Source: Haliotis cracherodii (taxonomy: Eukaryota). Taken from it: DNA of 64,000 nucleotides. Position 1 is the first letter of the stretch, and every line of letters starts with the position of its first letter. The notes below the pieces were generated by a model, which was not told the origin of the DNA, did not search any database, and saw nothing but the letters and a program-made list of their open reading frames with translations. The position numbers and the translations under genes are program-made. Where the stretch lies: NCBI RefSeq assembly GCF_022045235.1, contig NW_027266319.1, positions 55,924,001 through 55,988,000 of the forward strand, given 5' to 3'. Positions 38,051 through 51,324 of the stretch are shown here, piece after piece.

Positions 38051-39442
38051 ATGCGTTTGTTCCTTGTCCTCCTGCTTGTGGCCATAGTCTCCATCCCTCA
38101 GTCTGATGCCTGGGGACGACGGAGACGACGGTTCGTTAGATGGCGCACAGTTGGCACAATAGCAAAGATTGGAGCCAGGGTGTTGGGTGAGTGAAGCTAA
38201 AGAGTACTTCATTAAGTGCCTGACATACAGTATCTTCTATTTTCCCAAACTGTAATGGAGTTACGGTTTAAGTTATAGAACAATGAGCGGCTATAGTAGG
38301 ACCAAATCGGTGATGTATCAAGTACATTAACGTCTCTCTTTTACATCAGGTTCAAATGAAAGTAATAAATTAAATGCCTAAAAGGCCAACTCTGCTTTCA
38401 CTGTAAAAATTGTAACCGACAGGATGCTTTCTATAATCATGCAGTTGTGTAGACCGATGCTCATGATATAAGTCACTGGATTGTCTGTGCCACACCAAGT
38501 TATTTAAGTCCCACTGTTATATTACCTGGAATATTGCTGAACGAAAACGGACACCGAACATTGTTTTTGAATGTATGAAAATATTACATGGACTAGTCTA
38601 TTCTAGAAAACGAACATAATGAAAATGTGATCATGTCATTACGCACTACAAAAATGAGACAGAATGGTGTTCGCTATTTGTTTTGATGTAAATCTTAGTC
38701 AGCCAGCCGAAGAGCTACATACGATGACGAATTGAAATGGAAACGAGTATATGTTTTGGAATGTTACTGTAGATGTATATGAATATGTTCATTTGATATC
38801 AATACTCATAGCCTGATTAAAAGTGACCACTATCTCATATTCCTTAACCGAAAATGCATTCGTGTTCTTTCATTTTGTATCTTTCCAAACATGACTATTT
38901 TCTTTCAAGGCAAACGTAATGTGGATAACCTTGATACAAACATGGACGGCACAATTGACCTGTCCGAAGCTGAGACGCTAATGGACAGACGATCGGCCAT
39001 GGAGCTCCTTTCGTTCTCAGATGAAAATGGTAAGAGCTTTTGCCTTCAACTTCATTGATACAAATGAAATGTTTATTACTTTTAAAATAATGTAATTATT
39101 TGTCAAATGTTTGTATTTGTTTACTCTCATGGGTAATGTGGACCCTTTTCCCGAATAAATCTGACTCCTGAACATTTATTTTGACTGACTGCAACAACCT
39201 TTCTCCATTTAGGAGACTCAAGCGTGAGTTTGGAAGAGTTCGCAAGGAGCATCAACAACTTGGAGCAGTGAGTCAAATGTAAGGTGGAGCAAATCTTACT
39301 GCAATGATCCGTTTTATACAGTAGAAACCGTCATCCGTTCAACATAACTGTATCTGAAAATGTATGCTTCAGCAATAATTTCATGTCAAATATGCCAAGA
39401 TCATATGATTTGATGTATTTCTTTTGTAGATCACTCTATTGA
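38051..39442 (+). CDS. Secreted cationic peptide precursor with two EF-hands, copy 6 (one Leu deleted in frame)
   Basis: Coding exons 38051-38186, 38910-39029, 39213-39267, 39430-39442; mature region ends ARVL-GKR. Confidence 0.85.
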
Positions 39443-40350
39443 AGAGACACTGGCGTCGCACTTTGAAGGCGATTTCGAGGATGTATTCCTGAATAGTGTT
39501 CCCACAAGTCAATAGTTTCAATAAATAATTATAACAATCACCTTTGTTGTGTCTTGCTCATTAAAGACGTCTTTACAGGTGTCATTTCAGACAACAGGTG
39601 ATCCAATATGTAATGCTTGTATCTGATTTCTAATGTGTTATCTACCACCATCTCGTTCAACATAATATTGATCTGCAATCGTACAACAACATAATCAGCA
39701 AAATGTATATTATATCAAGTATATCTGATATACAATATTTGTTTTGTTTGTTGTTTGTTTAATCGTACAACATTACCAGCAAAGGTAGTTCCTCAAAAGG
39801 AGATATGACATGAACATATGTATGTTCACATTGTTCTACACTGACATCTTTTGCAGTTTTTAAAAAAATATATTCAAATAATATCATCATGAGATGAGAA
39901 AGGTATATGATGTTTAATTGTTTGTTTGTTGTTGAATGCCGCACTCAGCAATATTCCAGCTATATGACGGCGGTCTGTAAATAATCGAGTATGGACCAGA
40001 CAATCCAGTGATTAATATCATGAAAATAATTCGACGCAATTGGTATTCGATGACATGCATCAACCAAGTCAGCGAGTCTAACCACCCGATCCCGTTAGTC
40101 AATTTTATCTTTACAGGATAAAATGGTTTATTTCAGTTGGGCAATCCTGGGATAGGTGACCCATCATTTAATTTGTGCACTATAGTATTTATGTTGCAGG
40201 CTAAGGGAGGTAACTCGGGTCTACAAGCTATAATTTTGCATTACAGGCCAGCTCCCATGATATTATTCAGGTTATACATTAGTAGCATGGCAAAGGGAGA
40301 TAACTGAAGTAAACCTTTAATGTGTAGGAATTCCCCTCTGCCTTTCGCTT

Positions 40351-41595
40351 TTGGCGGCCATTACAGGCAAACTGTTTTTTCCTCGTGTTCCTGCAGATAC
40401 TTTAGTGTTTCGCAGCATGTCAGGGAGAGGGAAACCAATGAGGAAGCGGCCGACACGTGGGACAAGAGCGGCCACGAAGAGGAAACGGAAGGAACAGCCC
40501 CCTTCGCAGTCGTCACCGCCCGGCATGCCCGAAGCAGCGATGGGACAGCTAGATAACTTGGCGACAGCACGTGGACCCAGTCAGAGTGGCGGTCAAGTTC
40601 AAACAGACAGGACGGCGCCTTCCCAGACTTCGTCAAGTGAAAATGCCAGTGGGTCTAGACCGTCTAGGGGTGAGTTTGTTGACATAACCTTTAATCCAGA
40701 AGTTACAAATAATATAACGGAATTGGTTTCCTTACCCACTCAGCCGTTTAGTACACAAACACAGTCAGTCACTTCACACGCACAGCCCCCATGTTTCCCT
40801 CCCATACTGTTCACCGGGAGTGAGTTTACCCCTCCCATGACACAATGTGGTGATGATGATTTGGGGGCTAACGTTCCTTCAAGTATCAAACAAAAGATAT
40901 GTAATGGTGAATATATCAATCTTGCATTGCTGCTGAAATCTGACCGAGAATTACAAGATTATGCTTGTACATCAGCCATTTTCCTTAACTCGGAAGGTCA
41001 TTTGGAACTAAAACCAAAGGCTTCAGGTTAAGTGATTGAAACCATAGCTGAGTGGACAACTGCATTCACAGTGTATATCAGCATTTTTATAAAAAGTCAC
41101 CCGGAACATATACAAGGAATGCTCAAATACATGAACACAATTCGTCTGGGGGCATCTCGTCATACTGGGATTGGTTGGAGAACGTATGATGAGCAGTTCA
41201 GACTGCGTCAAGCAAGAAATCCACAGAAATCATGGGGGTCAATCAATGTAGAGCTTTGGATGTTATACATGCAAGTTCCGTCCCAGTATTTTGGCTCATT
41301 CCCCAGAAAGGATCACCAGTCATTTCGTGTCCATAACACAAACAGAAACTCAACATGCCATGACTACAACTACAGGTATTGCAGTCGAGACAAGTGCAAG
41401 TTCAAACACACCTGCTCCAAATGTGGAGGAAATTCCCACCCTGCATCTAACTGTTTGTCCAAAACACAATCTGGCAAATTTGTATACACTAGGCAGAACC
41501 CCAATCAGACCCCAAGTTCTTCAGCAAATGGCAAGAAATTATCCCAACCAGGAAGTGGCGCATCTGCTAATACAGGGATTTCAGGCAGGTTTTAA
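40351..41595 (+). pseudogene. gag-like ORF1 of the Ngaro element, with one in-frame stop
   Basis: Two abutting same-frame ORFs separated by TAA 41029-41031; GEYINLALLL, WRTYDEQFR and Cys/His knuckle CHDYN...CKFKHTCSKC...HPASNC. Confidence 0.85.
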
Positions 41596-43102
41596 GCTTT
41601 GTTATACAGGACCGAGAGTGCCGACTACCACTCTTAAAAATCTTAAATCTATTGACCAAAATTTCTCAATAGCCCAGCAAAAGGTGCAAAAAGAGTTAGC
41701 TTTAGGTAGGATAGCCGGCCCTTTTGATTTTCCTCCATTTCCTGATTTGAAACTATCACCAATAGGTCTGGTTCCCAAAAGTGTTCAAGGAGAGTACAGA
41801 TTGATCCACCATTTGTCCCATCCAGAAGGTCAGAGTGTTAATGATTTTATTGACCAGTCTATCAGTTCAGTAGAATATGCAAGATTCGATAAGGCTGTGT
41901 CAATGATTCATGACTTAGGAAAAGGAACCTTACTGTCTAAAGCAGATATCAAAAGTGCCTTTAGGCTTTTAATTGTTTCACCCAGTGATTTTAATCTCCT
42001 TGGTTTTAAGCTAGGTGACAGCTTTTATTTTGACAAGTGTCTCCCGATGGGTTGTCAGATCAGTTGTGCCTTATTTGAAAAATGTTCATCCTTCATCGAA
42101 TGGGCGGTACACCAGAAGTCTGGCCATGGCAACATAATGCACTACTTGGATGATTTCTTGTTTGCAGGACCAGCAGACACTTGTCAATGTAAAGACTCTA
42201 TGGATGCTTTTCAGCAAATTTGTTATCAATTGGGGGTGCCGGTAGCTCATGAAAAAACTGTTGAACCTACAACAAAGATTACCTTTCTTGGATTAGAGTT
42301 AGATTCTATCAATATGTGTGTAAGGGCACCACAAGAAAAGATACACAAGGCTTCCCTTATGATCAACCATGCTCTGTCACATTCTAAGCTGAGGCTCACA
42401 GAGATTCAGTCCTTGATCGGGGTGTTAAATTTTTTGTGTAATGCGGTCGCGCCAGGCAGAGCATTTTTGAGACGCCTCATCTCGTCGACATGTGGAAAGA
42501 AAAAGCACCACAGGATCAGGATAACCAAAGCTATGAAGGCAGATCTAACAGTTTGGAAGCTATTTCTGGATAACTTCAATGGGATTTCAGTCATGAGATC
42601 AAGATGGTGGGAGTCCTCAACTCACCTGCAGCTTTTCACGGATAGTGCAGGGGCCAATGGTCTGGGCTTTGGGATATACTTTCAAGGAAAATGGGCATGT
42701 GACAAATGGCCAGGAAGCTGGATACAAGCTGGTTTCCCACAGAACATAACACTGCTGGAGTACTTTCCTATTGTGGTTTCCATTGAAACATGGGGTCCAT
42801 ATTTGGCAAATAAGAAAGTATTGTACCACTCTGATAACCAAGCAGTAGTACAAATTATTAACACCTTATCTTCAAAGTGTGAACATGTTATGTCATTGGT
42901 CCGTCATCTCGTGCTTCGATGTTTAGAGCTTAACATAACGATTAGGGCAGAATACATCGAAGGAAAGTGTAATGATTTAGCTGATTCACTGTCGCGTTTC
43001 CAGTTTTCCAGGTTTCACCAGCTCGCTCCAGAGGCGGAGCGAAAAGCAACACCAGTGCCACCAGGAGTTTGGAAAATCTTGAAGCTGAGTCCCATAGATT
43101 GA
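41291..43102 (+). CDS. Reverse transcriptase / RNase H of the Ngaro element
   Basis: SPIGLVPK, RLIHHLS, KADIKSAF, LPMG, YLDDF, FTDS, SDNQAVV, ADSLSR; overlaps gag. Confidence 0.92.
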   Translation: MAHSPERITSHFVSITQTETQHAMTTTTGIAVETSASSNTPAPNVEEIPTLHLTVCPKHNLANLYTLGRTPIRPQVLQQMARNYPNQEVAHLLIQGFQAGFKLCYTGPRVPTTTLKNLKSIDQNFSIAQQKVQKELALGRIAGPFDFPPFPDLKLSPIGLVPKSVQGEYRLIHHLSHPEGQSVNDFIDQSISSVEYARFDKAVSMIHDLGKGTLLSKADIKSAFRLLIVSPSDFNLLGFKLGDSFYFDKCLPMGCQISCALFEKCSSFIEWAVHQKSGHGNIMHYLDDFLFAGPADTCQCKDSMDAFQQICYQLGVPVAHEKTVEPTTKITFLGLELDSINMCVRAPQEKIHKASLMINHALSHSKLRLTEIQSLIGVLNFLCNAVAPGRAFLRRLISSTCGKKKHHRIRITKAMKADLTVWKLFLDNFNGISVMRSRWWESSTHLQLFTDSAGANGLGFGIYFQGKWACDKWPGSWIQAGFPQNITLLEYFPIVVSIETWGPYLANKKVLYHSDNQAVVQIINTLSSKCEHVMSLVRHLVLRCLELNITIRAEYIEGKCNDLADSLSRFQFSRFHQLAPEAERKATPVPPGVWKILKLSPID

Positions 43103-43971
43103 TTAAGGCATCCTTGGCTACAAGTACCAGGAAGACCTATATGAGTGCAATACATTCATTTTCTAGCTTCCGTCAGGCTTTAGGCTTGCAAGAAGTTTGG
43201 CCTGTCTCGGTAGAGCAGCTTATACAGTACATTTCATATCTTTCACTAAGATCTTTGTCCTCAGCTACTATTAGTCTACATGTCTCAGCCTTAAGTTATC
43301 AACACAAGATACAAGGTTTGTCTGATCCATCAGTTCATTTCATTGTCCGGAAGATGCTTGAAGGTAGCAGACGCCTTACAAAGAAAGTAGATGTCAGAGC
43401 TCCAATATCTTACAAGATTTTGCTGCAGATGCCTGTGGCTTTAGGAGTGATATGCAATTCATCATATGAAGCAATACTATTTAAGGCTGCCTTCTCTTTA
43501 GCGTTTTTCGGCTTTTTCCGGGTTGGCGAACTTGTTTACACTGACAGTGAGCATTCGGATCGACCGTTAATGTTACAAGATGTTTCTCTTGAGAAAACCG
43601 CTTTGAGAGTGCGAATCAGGCATTCGAAGACGGATCAGAGAGGGAAAGGTACAATTCTGTACATACACGCCGTTCCAGGAAGCAGGATGTGCCCTGTCAG
43701 CTGCCTTTGTCAGTATTTGGAAGTCCGACCACCAGGTTCAACTCACCTGTTTTGTCATTATGACATTCAGCCAGTCACTAGGTACCAGTTTTCAGCTATT
43801 GTTTCCAAATGTGTAAGGCTACTGGGTTTAAACCCCACCCTGTATAAATCCCATTCCTTCAGAATCGGGGCGGCTTCCTCTGCAGCAGACATGGGTGTAC
43901 CTGCAGAAAAGATACAGCAGTGGGGTCGCTGGCAGTCTGCTGCATACGTTTCTTACATTAGAACTTTCTGA
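43069..43971 (+). CDS. Tyrosine recombinase of the Ngaro element
   Basis: FFRVGEL, SKTDQ, HSFRIGAA, GRWQS..Y..Y catalytic pattern. Confidence 0.93.
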   Translation: MENLEAESHRLIKASLATSTRKTYMSAIHSFSSFRQALGLQEVWPVSVEQLIQYISYLSLRSLSSATISLHVSALSYQHKIQGLSDPSVHFIVRKMLEGSRRLTKKVDVRAPISYKILLQMPVALGVICNSSYEAILFKAAFSLAFFGFFRVGELVYTDSEHSDRPLMLQDVSLEKTALRVRIRHSKTDQRGKGTILYIHAVPGSRMCPVSCLCQYLEVRPPGSTHLFCHYDIQPVTRYQFSAIVSKCVRLLGLNPTLYKSHSFRIGAASSAADMGVPAEKIQQWGRWQSAAYVSYIRTF

Positions 43972-44219
43972 GCAGTATATTTATGCTTTCATTCCATTAA
44001 TGTACTTTCTTACACAGGGCAAGTCCTAACTAAACCCTCTTAACTAACTTCAGCTTCATAACAACCATCATGATCAAATATCACATACTGTTCATTTTTA
44101 TGCATTCATGTATATGTTGTTTTCCTCATTACTTCATTTCATTCTAATAATGTTATTACCTGCTTTACCAAGGTGTTTGGTTATTGTATGTTGTATAAAA
44201 AAAAAATTTGTTCATGCAT

Positions 44220-44827
44220 TAATTAAGTCTTTTTTTATAGATGTTTGGATTGTAGGCTCATCATTTGTCTATTGGGCTCAGCGGCAGAGTTTCAGATTAA
44301 AGTTAGGGAGGCATCTCGGCTTACATAAATTGGGTTTCACCTTAAGTTGGTTTGGCAAGAGAGGGATGCACTGGAGCGAGCTCAGACAGCTATTGCTGAC
44401 CCAGCTTGAAAGGAAACCTCCTCCAAGTGTCATAATTCTCCACTTAGGTTCAAATGATCTGGTAAGCTCCCCTATTAGGAATTTGGTTCAAAATGTCACA
44501 GAGGATGTCACATATTTTGCTCAGATACTTCCTTTCACAGTCTTTGTATGGTCTGAGTTACTGCCACGACAGTATTGGCACATGGCTGCAAATTACAAAT
44601 CAGTGGAGAAAGCCAGAAAGCGCTTAAATAGAGCAGGCATGAGTGCAGTGCTAAGGGTTGGAGGGCGATCCATAAAGCATGGTATTCGGGCTCAGGATTT
44701 GGGGATGTACAGGCATGATGGTGTCCATCTTTCAGATGTAGGGCTTTCCATATTTGTCAATACCTTTCAGGAGGCTTTGGAGTACTTCCTTCTGGATGAC
44801 CGATCAAAGGTGTTTACTGGCAATTAA
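44220..44827 (+). CDS. SGNH/GDSL hydrolase-like ORF of the Ngaro element
   Basis: VWIVGSS, GKRG, HLGSNDL and DGVH blocks; domain begins right after a ttttttatag acceptor-like site, so the true start is probably spliced. Confidence 0.85.
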
Positions 44828-46331
44828 ATGTGAAGTTCTTTTTCTGTGCTAAGTATTGGAGGGTCTGTGTATAGACACAGTCCTGTGGCGTAATACTTGC
44901 GGGTTGGGCATAGTAATTTCCGGAGGCCTTCGATGAGCGCTACCCGCGAGGGCCTAGCTTGCTTAATGACACGCTGGTTGACCTCCTTTGGTGTACCCTG
45001 GGGGGATCAAAGTCAATTCGCTTTTTGATGACTCGTTATGTGTTTATCCTCTCGAGTCAAGTTTTTCTGTTTGTCCTATTGCCTTCGGGCCGGCATTCAG
45101 TGATTTTGGTTCGCCCAACCTGCAGGGTTATGCAAAATATCATCCCCCTGTAATTTCACGAATAAAGCCGTGGCCATACTCCACACTTAACTTTACATAA
45201 TCTTTTGGTTATTTATTCATCTAGTATGCTCTAGATTGGCATTATCTTGAAATAATCAATTTTATCTTTACAGGATAAAATGGTTTATTTCAGTTGGGCA
45301 ATCCTGGGATAGGTGACCCATCATTTAATTTGTGCACTATAGTATTTATGTTGCAGGCTAAGGGAGGTAACTCGGGTCTACAAGCTATAATTTTGCATTA
45401 CAGGCCAGCTCCCATGATATTATTCAGGTTATACATTAGTAGCATGGCAAAGGGAGATAACTGAAGTAAACCTTTAATGTGTAGGAATTCCCCTCTGCCT
45501 TTCGCTTTTGGCGGCCATTACAGGCAAACTGTTTTTTCCCCCTCCCGATACCCTCCCATATTATAGCTTAAAAGTTTATATTTACATTGCAGACATGTCT
45601 TGAGCTACATGATTAATGTATATACCTTATGAAGGTTAGTAAGTTACAATTTCTGCCTAGAAGTTTTGCTGTTTCAGGTTGTTGTGGATGATTACAGGGG
45701 TATCAAGTCAAATTTAAGTTCTGCTTTGTCACGGCAGCAGGACTCCATTCAGTCACTGAGGTGAGGTTCGTTCCACGCCATGTGTGACAACGCGGCGTAA
45801 TACTTGCGGGTTGGGCATAGTAATTTCCGGAGGCCTTCGATGAGCGCTACCCGCGAGGGCCTAGCTTGCTTAATGACACGCTGGTTGACCTCCTTTGGTG
45901 TACCCTGGGGGGATCAAAGTCATTTCGCTTTTTGATGACTCGTTATGTGTTTATCCTCTCGAGTCAAGTTTTTCTGTTTGTCCTATTGCCTTCGGGCCGG
46001 CATTCAGTGATTTTGGTTCGCCCAACCTGCAGGGTTATGCAAAATATCATCCCCCTGTAATTTCACGAATAAAGCCGTGGCCATACTCCACACTTAACTT
46101 TACATAATCTTTTGGTTATTTATTCATCTAGTATGCTCTAGATTGGCATTATCTTGAAATAATCGCTTCTTACGACAAGCATGGTCGCCTTATGGTTTGC
46201 TGAAGACCTATTCTATCCCGGATCTTCACGGCTCGTTATGTTAAGCGAGTGAGTGAGATAGTTCAATGTTAACGTCACATCGACAATACACTATTTCAGT
46301 CATATCATGACGACATATAGTTATACATTCC

Positions 46332-46376
<45 letters not shown>

Positions 46377-49068
46377 AGTGATCGACAGTATCATAACTAG
46401 ATTATCACAGTTTCAAATTAAATCAAGTTGAGAGCATGTAAAAGACAACAACACAATATAAAAAACGGACAAGGAACCGTAGGGACGATACTTCTGGCAC
46501 CTGCACGGTTCCCCAGCAGAATTGACACTATCCCTTCAGCTGCTGGCAAGTGTAGTCAGTTTAATCCACCAGTTAAAACTAACAAATAAACTACGCTTAT
46601 AAATGTGATAGTTTAAATTTACTTTGAAAGATGTGGGACGTATGTACCGTGTCAAGGGGACACTGATATCAGATTCTTTATTCTCCATAGACCACCGACG
46701 GTGGTACAAGAGCATACATAAAGTACAGAGATAAATATGATATGTACATCAAGACGGCTGTGTGCATTAAGAGTTAGCATTCAAGGTGTTAAATACAAAT
46801 AATACATATACATTAAGCATGTGGAACGTATGTACCCTCTCAGGGGGACACTGATATCACTGTTCTTGGATTCAACCACAAACAATCTCAGTTGCGAATT
46901 TGAAAATATGTTTTTAAAAAACCGAAGTGGTAAACTTTTGAAACCTGCATCACTTCGGACTTTCCTCCCACATTAAGCTGACAGGCCGTGATATAACTGG
47001 AATATTGTTAAAAGCGGCGTTAAACCCAACTCACTCACTCACTCCTTTGCATGAGATCTTTGATGTAACATCTAAATACAAGTTTATAATCACTGTATGG
47101 ACTTAGAAGTGGTGTCACAGATTTGTTGAATGTTTTTGCAGCCGTATCGGCCATTGAAACATGGCTGGGTAACCACCAAAAGACGATGTCATATTGGCCA
47201 GTAGCTATTAAAACACGCCAGATCATTAAAACACGCAAAAATATCGACCAAGAGTGGATGTGGATAGTGACATTAGCAACTGTGCCACCATCCTTGGATC
47301 CATCTGTAAGAAGAAAACAGCGTTATCTCTATCCCCCGCCATTATAATTATATTTGTTCATTTAGTAGTGGATATAACCAACGCAAAGTATCAATATGCA
47401 TGTTTCAAAGTAGAGTAGAGGAATGCCTAATATGACGCAGGTAGTGGATGCGTATGGTGCTGGCAGGCCAATCTGAACCCACGACCAGCCATTTGGGAAG
47501 AAAGCGGAAGTTGTATAAAGTAGTAGTATGAATTGTGTCATGTATTCATACGTCATACAGCTTAGCTACTGGTCTAGTGCAATGAGAAAAACTCAGTGAT
47601 TCTGCGTCGGTTTGGAAATAGAGTGGTTTGTTTTGACAATGACATATTCATTGATCTGTGCATGATAATTATAGATGCATCCTTTCTGATGACATCGATC
47701 ATACATTTGACCATTGTAACACATCATGAAATAGTAAAGTGTCAGTCAGCTACAGCTGAATATTCTTTGGTGTGTTTACAGTATTCATGAATAGACATTG
47801 TATTTAATGATGCATTACAACCATAATTAAAAGTAATGTGATAAAAGTCAATATTGAAGAGTAACATCACCAGCATGTACGTGTGCATACCAACTCCTGT
47901 GGGGAACAGTTGGTATTATTGCAGTCATGCCTTGCGACTTGGGAGTAAAGCCGCTTTTAACAGTATTCCAGTTATATCGTGGCCTGTCAGCTTAATGTGG
48001 GAGGAAAGTCCGAAGTGATGCAGGTTTCAAACGTTTACCACTTCGGTGAAACCCACGAGCACGGGTATGGTGCTGACAAACCTAGAAACATAATCGGGGC
48101 GAACTGGGATTCGAACCCACAATCATAGGTTTCTGGTGTGTTCAAGGGACACGACTCTGCACAGCGAATCGCGGCGCCTTAGACGACTGGGCCACCTGTG
48201 ACCCCTCATGCAAAAGAAGAGGGACACCCGAGTAGGTGTAAATACGCTACATGAAATTACACCAACCATCGGTTACACCGATTTTGGTTAGTCAGTCCAG
48301 ATTTGGAAAGGTCAAAAACCGATGATGTCGTATTGGCCATTGACGCTAAAGTCATGAACATTTATTGAAAGGTGAGGACCCTCCATTCTGCATCCCTTGT
48401 GATGAAAGATCAATGTTTCAAATCATCATCTATTAAAGATCTTTTTCGTAGAATTAATTCTCGTTTAAATATTGGCTTTTAAAGGATATAGAATTATTTG
48501 AAATATTTTTGTTAATATTTTTTTAAAAACATGTTTTCAAATTCGCAACTGAGATTGTTTGTGGTTGAATCCAAGTACAGTGATATCAGTGTCCCCCTGA
48601 GAGGGTACATACGTTCCACATGAATAATGTATATGTAATATTTGTATTTAACACCTTGAATGCTAACTCTAAATGCACACAGCCGTCTTGATGTACATAT
48701 TATATTTATCTCTGTACTTTATGTATGCTCTTGTACCACCGTCGGTGGTCTATGGAGAATAAAGAATCTGATATCAGTGTCCCCCTGAGAGGGTACATAC
48801 GTTCCACATCTTTCAAAGTAAATTTATACTATCACATTTATAAGCGTAGTATATTTGTTAGTTTTAACTGGTGGATTAAACTGACTACACTTGCCAGCAG
48901 CTGAAGGGATAGTGTCAATTCTGCTGGGGAACCGTGCAGGTGCCAGAAGTATCGTCCCTACGGTTCCTTGTCCGTTTTTTATATTGTGTTGTTGTTGTCT
49001 TTTACATGCTCTCAACTTGATTTAATTTGAAACTGTGATAATCTAGTTATGATACTGTCGATCACTGG

Positions 49069-49136
<68 letters not shown>

Positions 49137-49938
49137 ATGATATGGCTGAAATAGTGTATTGTCGATATGACGTTAACATTGAACTATCTCACTCACTCGC
49201 TTAACATAACGAGCCGTGAAGATCCGGGATAGAACAGGTCTTCAGCAAACCATAAGGCGACCATGCTTGTCGTAAGAAGCGACAAACGGGATCGGGTGGT
49301 TAGGCTCGCTGACTTGGTTGATGCATGTCATCGTATGCCAATTGCGTGGAATTATTTTCATGATATTAATCACTGGATTGTCTGGTCCATACTCGATTAT
49401 TTACAGACCGCCGTCATATAGCTGGAATATTGCTGAGTACGGCGTTCAACAACAAACAAACACTCAAACATCATATACCTTTCTCATCTCATGATGATAT
49501 TATTTGAATATATTTTTTTAAAAACTGCAAAAGATGTCAGTGTAGAACAATGTGAACATACATATGTTCATGTCATATCTCCTTTTGAGGAACTACCTTT
49601 GCTGGTAATGTTGTACGATTAAACAAACAACAAACAAAACAAATATTGTATATCAGATATACTTGATATAATATACATTTTGCTGATTATGTTGTTGTAC
49701 GATTGCAGATCAATATTATGTTGAACGAGATGGTGGCAGTGAACACATTAGAAAACAGATACAAGCATTACATATTGGATCACCTGTTGTCTGAAATGAC
49801 ACCTGTAAAGACGTTTTTAATCAGCAAGACACAACAAAGGTGATTGTTATAATTATTTATTGAAACTATTGACTTGTGGGAACACTATTCAGGAATACAT
49901 CCTCGAAATCGCCTTCAAAGTGCGATGCCAGTGTCTCT

Positions 49939-51324
49939 TCAATAGAGTGATCTACAAAAGAAATACATCAAATCATATGATCTTGGCATATTTGACATGA
50001 AATTATTGCTGAAGCATACATTTTCAGATACAGTTATGTTGAACGGATGACGGTTTCTACTGTATAAAACGGATCATTGCAGTAAGATTTGCTCCACCTT
50101 ACATTTGACTCACTGCTCCAAGTTGTTGATGCTCCTTGCGAACTCTTCCAAACTCACGCTTGAGTCTCCTAAATGGAGAAAGGTTGTTGCAGTCAGTCAG
50201 AATATATGTTCAGGAGTCAGATTTATTCGGGAAAAGGGTCCACATTACCCATGAGCGTCAAAACTAATACAAACACTTGACAAATAATTACATTATTTTA
50301 AACATTTCATTTGTATCAATGAAGTTGAAGGCAAAAGCTCTTACCATTTTCATCTAAGAACGAAAGGAGCTCCATGGCCGATCGTCTGTCCATTAGCGTC
50401 TCAGCTTCGGACAGGTCAATTGTGCCGTCCTTGTTTGTATCAAGGTTATCCACATTACGTTTGCCTTGAAAGAAAATAGTCATGTTTGGAAAGATACAAA
50501 ATGAAAGAACACGAATGCATTTTCGGTTAAGGAATATGAGATAGTGGTCACTTTTAATCAGGCTATGAGTATTGATATCATTGAACATATTCATATACAT
50601 CTACAGTAACATTCCAAAACATATACTCGTTTCCATTTCAAATCGTCATCGTATGTAGCTCTTCGGCTGGCTGACTAAGATTTACATCAAAACAAATAGC
50701 GAACACCATTCTGTCTCATTCTGTAGTGCTTAATGACATGATCACATTTTCATTATGTTCGTTTTCTAGAATAGACTAGTCCATGTAATATTTTCATACA
50801 TTCAAAAACAATGTCCGGGGTCCGTTTTCGTTCAGCAATATTCCAGGTAATATAACAGTGGGACTTAAATAACTGGGTGTGGCACAGACAATCCAGTGAC
50901 TTATATCATGAGCATCGGTCTACACAACTGCATGATTATAGAAAGCATCCTGTCGGTTACAATTTTTACACTGAAAGCAGAGTTGGCCTTTTAGGCATTT
51001 AATTTATTACTTTCATTTGAACCTGATGTAAAAGAGAGACGTTAATGTACTTGATACATCACCGATTTGGTCCTACTACAGCCGCTCATTGTTCTATAAC
51101 TTAAAACGTAACTCCATTACAGTTTGGGAAAATAGAAGATACTGTATGTCAGGCACTTAATGAAGTACTCTTTAGCTTCACTCACCCAACAACACCCTGG
51201 CTCCAATCTTTGCTATTGTGCCAACTGTGCGCCATCTAACGAACCGTCGTCTCCGTCGTCCCCAGGCATCAGACTGAGGGATGGAGACTATGGCCACAAG
51301 CAGGAGGACAAGGAACAAACGCAT
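49939..51324 (-). CDS. Secreted cationic peptide precursor with two EF-hands, copy 7 (M58K, S83L)
   Basis: Coding exons 51324-51186, 50464-50345, 50168-50114, 49951-49939; open frame. Confidence 0.85.

Larger units (their letters stand above)
40101..46164 (+). mobile_element. Ngaro-type tyrosine-recombinase retrotransposon with split direct repeats
   Basis: A1 40101-~40380, ORFs, B1 44887-45257, A2 45258-~45538, B2 45794-46164; no TSD; empty site ttagtc|gcttc seen in the other array units. Confidence 0.93.

Noticed and set aside
43069-43971. Tyrosine recombinase as a phage or bacterial integrase, or as the cause of the array inversions
   Set aside because: It is part of the Ngaro element, which is absent from sister units and so inserted after the array formed.
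44959-46107. Duplicated small ORFs MLNDTL... and MVYPGG...
   Set aside because: They lie inside the B1/B2 terminal repeats of the Ngaro element.
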